A stretch of DNA of 64,000 nt from Azolla caroliniana (lineage: Eukaryota > Plantae > Polypodiophyta), in the NCBI GenBank assembly GCA_043228905.1, contig JBHGNT010000018.1, forward strand, positions 3,658,001-3,722,000, read 5' to 3'. The position numbers and the translations under genes are program-made. Each line of letters starts with the position of its first letter. Position 1 is the stretch's first letter. Shown one piece after another: positions 1-9,093 of the stretch. The notes beneath the pieces were generated by a model. That model was not told where the DNA came from, did no database searches, and saw only the letters and a list, made by a program, of their open reading frames with translations.

Positions 1-487
1 ATGACGAATGAACCCGGAGAGAGATCCGGATGCGGGGACATATTTGTGAATATGTTTGCCAAGGGCCCTTGAGGCTATATTTGTAAATAGCCCGAAAGTC
101 ATATTGTGTATAAATATGACTTAGGGCAAACAGTTGTAAGTTGTTGCTCTAAGTTGTTGCTTATTGTGTATTGCCACTCTTATGTGTGCAAGAGAGTGAA
201 GAGAGCAGCCGAGAGAGAGAGACGAAGAGGTCGTTGCCTCTGTGTATTACCGCCGCCTGTGGCGAAGACAGTGAGCTCAAGGTTGTTGCCTTGTAGCTTC
301 ACCATTGTACATCTCTGTTCATAGTGATAGTTGGAGTTTGAGGACTCCTGTGGTTTTTTCCCATTTAGGGTTTTCCACGCAAAACATCGTGTGCATTCTT
401 CTCTCTATTGTCTTCGTGCATTGTGTATTTCCTGTTTTCTGTGAGTTGATCCTATTCCTCGGTTGTGGCCGAGCACTGTGTTTAACA
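1..487 (+). mobile_element. Ty1/copia LTR (3' part; same family as Copia D LTRs) inserted into the RT of Gypsy A
   Basis: Closely matches the LTRs at 17974-18614 and 22730-23370. Ends ...GTGTTTAACA at 487, where Gypsy RT codons (RLTFSGEKS) begin. Confidence 0.9.
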
Positions 488-2695
488 CGCTTGACCTTCT
501 CGGGTGAGAAATCGACATTCGGCCAACTGGAGATCCTTGTGGTGGGACACTTGTGCGGGGCGTACGGACGGAAGCCGTCCCCGGCAAAGGTGGATGCCAT
601 CACAGACATTAGGGAAGAATGTAAATCGCAAACAAAGGTGAGGCGATTTCTTGGTGCTTGTGCATTCTACCACATTTGGATTCCGCACTATGCTCACCTA
701 GTCGAGCCCTTGTATGGGCTACTCAAGAAGGGGCGGAAGTTCAAGTGGGAGGAAGAGCACACAGAGGCAATGAAGAGGCTCAAAGGAATGTTGGTAGCGG
801 CACTAGCTTTACAAAAAGCCGTATACAAGGAAGGGGTGCCCATATACGTGACGGTAGATACGAGTCCAACAGGGATCGGATGGGTCATCAACCAAGAAGG
901 AGAGGATGGTACACGCTATGCCATCCGGTTTGGAGCCAAGGTCTTAAGCGAGCGACAACGAGGATACGCCCAAGTAAAACGTAAACTTTGGGGTATTGTG
1001 TTCGTAGTGACGGCGGATAAAGATTACCTAATCGGGTCAGAGGTGGTAATAGAGACGGATTGCCTTCCAATCCTAGGGATGGTTTCGGGGTGTGCAACAC
1101 CTGACCTAGCTATGCTAAGATGGATTGCTTACATCAAATCAATGAACCCGGAGATTCACCACATTTCAGGGAAGAACAATGTCATGGCAGATATGCTATC
1201 GAGGGCAAGGTTCGAGGGCGAAAGCAACATGGTGTCTGAAGATGAGGATGTCGCTCTTGACTTCTTCAAGACATCCCAAGCGTCTATAGATGATCAAGAT
1301 GTGCGAGTACTCCACGCCTTCAACGAAAGTGAATACGAAGGGGAGTGGCTACACATTGGCAAGTTCTTAAGCTCAATGATGGTGGATAGTTCATGGTCGA
1401 AGCAGGAAGCACAGAGAGTCCGAAAGAAAGCGTACAAGTACTTCCTACGAGGGGGATTCCTTTGGAGGCACCCGAAGAGAAGGACGGGGACGCCACAACG
1501 AGTGGTCATAAAGGAAGAGGACCAGACAACATTGGTGTCTGAATTCCACGAGAGTCCTTGGGTGGGCCATAGAGGAACGTGGGCAACATTCGAGAAGTTA
1601 AAGGAGAAGTATTGGTGGCCGGGAATGTACAAGGATGTCGCCCATTTCGTGGGGACGTGTGAAAGCTGCCAGATACACTCCAACATACGCCATAGGGACG
1701 AGTTGCACCCGACCTACCCACTCACCATACACTTCAAATGGATGGTGGATTTAGTTTCGATGCCGATGGGAGTGGGTCAAATGAAATATTTGGTGCTAGC
1801 AAGAGAAGACCTAACAAACCAAGTAGAAGGGTGGGCCTTAGCAAACAAAACAACGGCGGGGGTGTGTAAATTCTTACTCAAGGATGTCATCTGCCGGTAC
1901 GGATGTGTGGGAAAGATAGTGGCCGATAGAGGAGAGCTGAACGCTCACGAAGCTACAAAGCTCTTTGACCGACTTGGAGTGAAGCTCTCTCTCACGAACT
2001 CTTATAACCCGGAGGCTAATGGAAAGATAGAACGCGAACACGGGCCTATCGTGAAAGCCATTGTACGAGCTTGTGATGGGCGAGTCAGGAATTGGCCTCG
2101 GTTACTACCTTATGCCTTGTGGGTCGATAGAACAACTCATAGCTCAGTTACAGGTTTCATGCCAGCTGAACTCATGTACGGACAAAAGCCGGTGATGCCC
2201 ATTGAAGACACGATCGCTTCATGGGTAGTGATGTCGTGGGAAAACGAGATGAGTCGAGAAGAGCTTCTAGCCACAAGGATAAGGCAACTCGAGATAAGAC
2301 CCGAAGACTTGGAGTTGGCAAAGGAGAGGTTAGAAGTGGCTAGGCTAAGTAACAAAGCCCGATTCGACAAGACACACCGCCTACGCCCTCGGAAGATCGA
2401 AGAAGGAGACTGGGTGATTGTATATGATAGTAGTCTCGACAATCAACATAGCTCGATGCGGAAATTCGCAAAGCGATGGTTCGGGTCATACGTGGTAATG
2501 AGTGCAAACGATAATGCTACCTACCACCTCACTGAACTCGATGGGACTAAGCTGGTTGTACCAATAGCCGGGAAGCGGGTCAAAATCTTCAAAAAGCGAC
2601 ACGACAAGGAGCCAAACCTCGATGACCTTGACGAAGATAAAGGCGAGCAAACAACAAGCCACGGGGTCAATGAGGAGGAGGAAACGAACTATTGA
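488..2695 (+). CDS. Gypsy Pol, partial and uninterrupted: RT C-terminus, RNase H, HHCC zinc finger, DDE integrase, GPY/F module, acidic tail; no chromodomain
   Basis: Motifs VRRFLG, VTVDTSPTGIGWV, IETDCLP, N.MADMLSR, HESPWVGH..CESC, VADRGE, PEANGKIER, KRWFGSY. The first 61 codons of ORF 305-2695 are Copia LTR sequence. Confidence 0.9.
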   Translation, partial: RLTFSGEKSTFGQLEILVVGHLCGAYGRKPSPAKVDAITDIREECKSQTKVRRFLGACAFYHIWIPHYAHLVEPLYGLLKKGRKFKWEEEHTEAMKRLKGMLVAALALQKAVYKEGVPIYVTVDTSPTGIGWVINQEGEDGTRYAIRFGAKVLSERQRGYAQVKRKLWGIVFVVTADKDYLIGSEVVIETDCLPILGMVSGCATPDLAMLRWIAYIKSMNPEIHHISGKNNVMADMLSRARFEGESNMVSEDEDVALDFFKTSQASIDDQDVRVLHAFNESEYEGEWLHIGKFLSSMMVDSSWSKQEAQRVRKKAYKYFLRGGFLWRHPKRRTGTPQRVVIKEEDQTTLVSEFHESPWVGHRGTWATFEKLKEKYWWPGMYKDVAHFVGTCESCQIHSNIRHRDELHPTYPLTIHFKWMVDLVSMPMGVGQMKYLVLAREDLTNQVEGWALANKTTAGVCKFLLKDVICRYGCVGKIVADRGELNAHEATKLFDRLGVKLSLTNSYNPEANGKIEREHGPIVKAIVRACDGRVRNWPRLLPYALWVDRTTHSSVTGFMPAELMYGQKPVMPIEDTIASWVVMSWENEMSREELLATRIRQLEIRPEDLELAKERLEVARLSNKARFDKTHRLRPRKIEEGDWVIVYDSSLDNQHSSMRKFAKRWFGSYVVMSANDNATYHLTELDGTKLVVPIAGKRVKIFKKRHDKEPNLDDLDEDKGEQTTSHGVNEEEETNY

Positions 2696-2989
2696 CCACC
2701 CTCAACCCGCCATTCTTGGCACATACCGGAGGATGTGCGATTTGGTGGGGGTGGATGTCGTGATGTGGCGTGCTCGAGGGTGCGAAAAACCGGCGAAAGG
2801 GGGGTCAAAATATGCATGTGCAATGTGTGTGCACACAAAGGCGATTAATTGTGCATATGCAAAAAGGAAAAGAAAGGGTGGAAAGGAGGTATAGAAGCTC
2901 GTACAAAAAGTAAAAGAGAGGAGAGATAAAAGGTAGAGGGGAGATAGACTATTAATTTATAGAGATAGAATTATATTTGCATAAAAGAG

Positions 2990-3065
2990 AGTCAATGGGC
3001 TAGTGGGTAGTCACGTTGACTACTAGTTAGAGGTGCATGGTTCAAATCTAGTCTTATAGTGCAGC
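2990..3065 (+). other. Degenerate tRNA-like segment (A box/B box) inside the Gypsy A LTR
   Basis: TGGGCTAGTGG (2996-3006) and GGTTCAAATC (3049-3058). No complete cloverleaf. Confidence 0.55.
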
Positions 3066-3629
3066 GTGATTTAAGGAATTTTATTCCTTTTTCATTGAAG
3101 ACAAATTTGGCGACCCCCCCTTCTTTTTTTCCTATAAAAGGAGGTTGAGGGGGGCTCATTCGGGAGGACGTTTTGGGAGGAGGAGACTATCGCCAATTTT
3201 CCTTCGAAGCTCTTCATCTCCTTATTCACCACTTCTCTTCATCTCATACCCCTTCATCCCCCCATCGCCACGTGCTCGTCTTTTTCGCGTCGGCACTCGA
3301 AGTGCTCATGAGCCCAAGCTTCATTGGTTCGACGTTGCTCCGCCCTGTTCATCGTTGCGAGCCCGTGTGCTCGCTGTTTGGGTGGTCGTGGTTCGTTGGG
3401 ATTGGCATTTTGGTGGTGCTCGTGTGTTCATCTTTGCCGTGTTCGGATTTGCTTTTGTCTCTAAGGGCATTTAATATTTATGTTTTGATTGAGCTTGTGG
3501 TTAACTATAAGTTGCCATTATAAACAAAACCCTATTTTATAAAGGGTCCTCTTGCGTTGGAATCGAACACGTATTTATCTCGTTTTTTGATATCATTCGT
3601 GTTTCTTTCTCTCCTTCTTTCTTTATTCG

Positions 3630-4045
3630 TGTCTTCCTTGTACATTCGGCCATCTTGTGACGAGGGGACCGTTCGGGCTTGCCCATGCACCTCTCCTCCT
3701 CATAAAGGCGTACGAGCATTTTGTGCGTGTGTTTGTGTCTTTCTTGTACGTTCGACCGTCTTGTGACGAGGGGACCGTTCAGGCTTGCCCATGCACCTCT
3801 CCTCCTCATAAAGGCGTACGAGCATTTGTGTGTGTGTTTTGTGTTTTCCTCGTACGTTCGGCCGTCTTGTGACGAGGGGACCGTTCGGGCTTGCCCATGC
3901 ACCTCTCCACCTCATAAAGGCGTACAAGCATTTTGTGCATGTGTTTTGTGTCTTCCTCGTACGTTCGATGTCTTGTGACGAGGGAGCGTTTAGGCGTGCC
4001 CATGCACCTCTCCTCCTCATAAAGACGTACGGACATTCGTGTTTG
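3630..4045. repeat. Tandem repeat, 106-bp unit, about 4 copies, within the Gypsy A LTR
   Basis: CTTGTGACGAGGG recurs at 3654, 3760, 3866 and 3972 (exact 106-bp period). Confidence 0.95.
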
Positions 4046-4323
4046 TGTTATCGTCCCCTTGTGCGTTCATGTTGCGTGCTCATCTTTCTTGTACCCGTTT
4101 GGTCACTTGGCTCGTGCGGTGATCTCGGAAGGTCGACGAGTTGTGATCAACGAGAGCCACCGGCCTCACAAAACAAAGGGCAATGAGACCTTGCTCGGGA
4201 AGGGGTCGGGAAGTAGTATTGTCGTAAAGCAAACCTCGGGTCTTCTCTATCCCTTGAGTACTCCCTAGTCCAAGACCCCCGTGGTCCCGCCCAAGTAACA
4301 CACGTGTGCGAAACTTCGCGACA

Positions 4324-6556
4324 ACGGAAAGGACTAAGTCGTCGATAATCCAACTTGTCGCACGGTCGAGTAGTCTTGATGTGACCATGTAAGAGCCATA
4401 CTCGATCTCCGATGGAAAAAGAGGAGGGAAGCCAATGACAATCCGCATAAGTCTTCTGTGTGTGTTGAGCATGATGAATATGAGTAGAGAGATCCAACTG
4501 GATCTTGCGTAGCCTCTCCAAATGATCCTTGGCACGAGGATTAGTAGGTAGCTCCAAGGTGTCGATCACCGACCAGCGAGGATGAGAACCGGTATAAGCG
4601 TAAAGTGGGGAGACCCGAGTCGAGGAGTGAACAACATTATTATATGCAAACTCCGCAAAGTGGAGAATCTCGACCCAATCGTCTTGTTGATAACTCAGAA
4701 AACACCGGAGATATTGTTCCAGCGTTTGGTTTGTTCGTTCCGCTTGCCCATTGGTTTGGGGATGGTAGCCGGAGGAGAGGTTGCAAGAGACCTTGAGCAT
4801 CTTGAAGAGATGTTGCCAAATTTTGGAAATGAATTGAGGGCCTCGATGACTGATGATACTGTCTGGGAGGCCATGATGCCGAAATACCTCACGCATGACA
4901 AGGGCGGCGGTTTCCTCGCTAGTGATGGCCTTAGTACACGGCACAAAATGTGCCATCTTAGTATATCAATTGACGACAGTTAAGATAACATCGAACCCCT
5001 TTGAGACCAGCAGATCTGTGATAAAATCAAGACAAATAGATTGCCACGGCTTACTTGGAATTGGTAAGGGTTCCAAGAAGCCATATGGATGGTGTCGTGG
5101 CATCTTTGCTCGACAACAAGCATCACAGGTCCGAACATAGTCGTTGACAAAACGTCGCATATGGGGCCACCAAAAAGATTGTTGAACTAGATCCAACATC
5201 TTAGTACTACTGAAATGTCCCGCCGTATGGGTGTTGTGACAACTTTGGACGATTTGAAGGCGACATGAGCAATCGGGGACATATACAAGCTTTTTAAAGA
5301 ATAACAAACCATCATGATATTCAAATTGTCGGTAGTCCATACCTGGTTGTTGAGACTGGGAGCAGGATGCCCGAGAGGTATCAATGTGCGCAAGAATGTC
5401 TTGAGCAAAACAGTCCGTCTTCAAGTTCGCACGTATGGCATCAGTAATCCGGGAATCCATTGGGGTGTGAAAAATCCACGTTGTGTGCAATCGTGTTGGT
5501 CCCAAGATTACTTGCTTTTGATTATCAAACGTTGGATCACCAGGACGAGGTGCAAGATATGAATGTCATGATAGTGCATATGCTTTTCCTTGCTGCTTCC
5601 CTGGTCGATATGTGATTTTGAAGTCAAAACGCGTGAGGAATTGAACTCACCGAGCTTGCCGTTGATTTAGCACACGAGCGTTCTGGAAATAAGCAAGATT
5701 TTTGTGATCGTTGAAGATGATGACCTGATGTGGAGAGCCCTATAAGAAATGCCGTCATTGCACAAGTGAATCTACGATGGCTAATAACTCCTTGTCATGT
5801 ATTTCATAGTTGATTTCCGCGGCATCAAATTTGCGCGAATGAAAGCCACAAGATGTAACTCTTCTTTATCTCCTTGTTGAGAAAGGATGCTACCAACGGC
5901 GAAATCCGATGTGTCGGCCTCCATGATGAATGGTTTGTTTGTATCCACATGACCTAGAATAGGAGCTAATGTAAAGGCTTTCTTAAGATGCCAAAAAGCC
6001 ATGTCCGCTTCATTGGACCAAAGGAATGTTTGTCCCTTCTTCGTAAGCTGTGTGAGGTAAAATAATCTTCGAGTAATCTTGTATAAACTTGAGGTAGAAG
6101 TTAGCAAAACCTAGGAAACATTGTACATCTCGTAACGAACGGAGAGTTTGCCACTCTAGCACAATTTTGACTTTAGCTGGATCCATGGAGATGCCCCTTG
6201 AGGAGATGACGTCGCAGAGTTGTTTTATTACTAATAGTACATGAGAATCGTGCTTTTCATTGGTCTTCGAATAAATCAATAGATCATCCAGATAGATGAT
6301 CAAACAGATATCCAAGAGGTCTCTAAATATATCATTTGCCATGTGTTGGAAGATTGCGGTTGCATTGGTTAGACCGAACAGCATAACGGTATAATCGAAA
6401 TGCCCATACCGCATGCGAAAGGCGGTCTTCCATTCATCTCCCAATCGGATCCGCATGAGGTTATACGCTCCTCGTAGATCAATTTTTGTAAAAAACTTGG
6501 CACCATTAACTCGCTCTAAAAGACTTGATATAAGAGGAAGTGCATACCTATTCCGG
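4324..6556 (-). pseudogene. Decayed pol (RT-RNase H-integrase) of a Ty3/gypsy element, probably Tcn1-like chromovirus clade
   Basis: RNRYALPLIS, KIDLRGAYN, DEWKTAF, YLDDLLIYS, HF..K..C..C, YHPQTNGQAERTNQTLEQYLR. Several frameshifts and stops. Cut on both sides by TGTCGT-type Gypsy insertions. Confidence 0.85.
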
Positions 6557-6614
6557 TGTCGTGAGGATTCCGGGCCATGGTGAGAAACCGGGGAATATCA
6601 GAGGAATCGACGGG

Positions 6615-7130
6615 TTCACATCCATCTGTATGAGCTCCATATCTTCAACTACAACTAGGCCCAAAATGGTTCTTAATGTAGTCATCTTTACTACAGAAGA
6701 GAAGATCTCATCAAAATCAACTCCATATTCCTGCTTGTATCCTTTTGCAACAAATCTTGCTTTGTACTTTGGCGAGGAATCAGAAATAACCTTCATTTTA
6801 TAAACCCATTTGCATGGAAGTGTTTTCTGCCCTTTACGCGACTGCAAAAAATCCCAGGTGACATTTTTCTCAAGAGATTCCATCTTTGACAACATTATTC
6901 TAATACCAGTTTCAAGGCAGCATGAAGATTAGGGTTTAGGTCAAAAACAGAGAGGGAGAGAGTCAGAGTGAGAGACAAAGGGAGAGAGAGAGATGCACGT
7001 TGTCTTGGGTACAAAGACTGTACCACTTCTTTGGTTTTTTAGATATTACGTATATACAAGTCAAAATGTGCTATGAGTGCATTCACACTTGTGCACTAAT
7101 AAAAGGCACGATGACCCTTTATTCCCAACA
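6615..7130 (-). mobile_element. Heavily deleted Ty1/copia remnant: short LTR, degenerate Met PBS, then directly the RT N-terminus
   Basis: TGTTGGG LTR start at 7130 (minus strand); TGGTATTAGA at 6908-6899; peptide KNVTWDF..CKWVYK..YKARFVAKGY.Q..GVDFDEIF..QMDV. Confidence 0.7.
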
Positions 7131-7639
7131 TGTATCATAGCTAAAAATAGGAGATGAAAAACTTTTATAAAGAGCGTGAAAAAGAGAGGAAGGGGGAGGA
7201 AGAGGATTATAAGAAATGAGATGAAGAAGGCTAAGGAGGGGGGAAGTGATACCTTTGTAATGAAAAAAAGAGTGTTAGGAGTGGGAAGAAGGAGGAATAA
7301 TGGAAGAAGGAAAGAGATTAAGGAAAAATAGGGAAAGAAATTTGTGGGTTTGAGTGATTGGAAGTTAAGAAGTCCTTTAGTTTTGTAGTTGTATTTGGAG
7401 TTTATCTAGTTTGTATTGTCTCCATAATAGAATATAGTAGCATTCTTGTCTCTTTCTCTTCTCTTCTCTATCTCTTCTCTATATCTCTTTCATTTTGGCA
7501 CTCCAGGGAGGGCCGATCCTTTCCGTATAGGAGGGAGGTCCTATCCTTTGTGTTAACGTATTGCATTAGCTCTAGCAATGCAATTTGCATTCTCGGGCGA
7601 AGTGAAACCGAAATAAGGGAAGACCTTTTTCTACTAAAG

Positions 7640-8200
7640 ATGGGATCACCTTTTGGTTTCATAGAGTATGAAAGAAATTTCCAGGAATTGTGGACGACGT
7701 GGATTTGTCTTCGTGGTGGCATTGAAGACGAGCGGTTTAAGATGGAACAATTCAAGATGGGCCTTGACATGTACTTCCATTTGGAGGTAAATTTGAAGGA
7801 TCCTACATACTTTCAAGCTCTTATACAAGTTTGTCAAGGTTATGATAGGAAAGTGAAGATGATGAGTTCCATGGGATTTCCCCAAATGATGGCTTTGGGT
7901 GCAAACTTGATGCATTGTGCCAACCTTCAAACCTCATCTTCAATTGTGCATGGTGGACAAGTGTTTCAAAATGTATATACAACCACAACAGTAAATCCAG
8001 TAGGTGTATCTCATGAAGTGGAGCAAGGAAAGAGTGAACAAGGTATTATGTCCTTCGGCACTTTGATCATGTGATGGCCCACTTGCGACAATCTCTAGCA
8101 ATTCACAACACCATTCCTGATAGTGGTGGCCCTAGAGGGCATGAAGGCGTAATTTATTATTCTTGTCAAGAGGAGGGACACATGTCAACAAGATGTCTTG
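7640..8200 (+). pseudogene. Degenerate retrotransposon gag-like remnant
   Basis: YERNFQELW...KMEQFKMGL resembles a retrotransposon capsid. Decayed knuckle YYSCQEEGHMSTRC at ~8155-8197. Confidence 0.5.
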
Positions 8201-9093
8201 GTGGAGCATGTGCACTCACCCTTGTACAAATCGTGTAAATGATAGGGGGCCATCATGGCGCCGAACAGTAGTTAATTCGGGATAGAGGATCCCATGTAAT
8301 AAGGGATTTATCCCACATTGTTACGCATCCCTCTCCTTATTCTATAAAAGGAAGGGAGCGCCCTTTGTAAAGGGGTTGCTTATTTTGAGTGAGAAGAGGT
8401 ATACCACTTAGGTTGAAGGTTTCTATTCGGTTTAGGGTTTCTTCTGACAGGAACTAAAACGCTCCTTATACGCAACGCTCGGCCACAACCGAGCTTAGAA
8501 TCATGCACAGAAAACGAAAAATAATGCACGACACAATGGAGAGAAGAGCACACAGGATGTTTATGTGGAAAACCCAAAACTAAGGGAAAAACCACGGCAG
8601 CCCACAGGCTGCAAACTATCACTATGTTAGAATGTACAATAGTGAGTTCACGAAGGCAACGACCTCGTGCTCACAATCCTCGCCACAGGCGGCAGTTACA
8701 ACAGAGGCAACGACCTCTTTCTCTCTCTCTCTCTCTCTCTGTACACAGTTATGCGCTCTCACTTCTTGCACCAACAAGAATAATAACAACAACATAAAAG
8801 TTTGCCCTAAGTCATATTTATACTAATATGACTTTTCGGCTATTTACAAATATAGCCACGATGGACTCTCAGAAACATATTTACAAATATGTCTCTTCAT
8901 CCGGAGAGCGCTCCTCACCGGGCCTGCATCATCCGGATCTTGTCGGGCACTCGTCATCCGGTTCTCGCCGGGTCTACACCATCCAGGTCTCCGTAGCCAG
9001 GTACTCCTCATCTGATTTCGGCCGAGTTTGTTCATCGGCATTGTTCTTCTTCCTTCCCATCCGGAGGGACCTGTCTCCCAACAAACTCCCCCT

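Larger units (their letters stand above)
488..4323 (+). mobile_element. Ty3/gypsy LTR retrotransposon 'Gypsy A', 3' half (RT C-terminus, RNase H, integrase, PPT, 3' LTR)
   Basis: Domain order RT-RH-INT. PPT-like GGTGGGGGTGGA precedes the LTR TGTCGTGA(2756)...TCGCGACA(4323). Interrupts the integrase of the Tcn1-like element (DYRRLSPFR|). Confidence 0.9.
2756..4323 (+). repeat. 3' LTR of Gypsy A (1568 bp)
   Basis: Imperfect terminal inverted repeats TGTCGTGA/TCGCGACA; TATA-like CCTATAAAAGG near 3131; conserved U5 motif CTAGTCCAAGACCCC at 4265. Confidence 0.85.

Noticed and set aside
305-487. N-terminal 61 codons of the 796-aa ORF, hydrophobic and membrane-like
   Set aside because: This is Copia LTR sequence that happens to be in frame with the Gypsy pol.
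3630-4045. CRISPR-like regular repeats (also 60481-60930 and 18017-18145)
   Set aside because: Whole units are duplicated with no unique spacers, there are no cas genes, and the context is eukaryotic.
7358-7640. Hydrophobic N-terminus of the 238-aa ORF as an env-like or membrane protein
   Set aside because: It derives from a T/C-rich LTR- or UTR-like tract with a TTG start; only the downstream part looks gag-like.
8256-8268. TGGCGCCGAACAG resembling a tRNA-Lys PBS
   Set aside because: Imperfect match, not at a recognisable LTR end, and followed by promoter-like rather than gag sequence.
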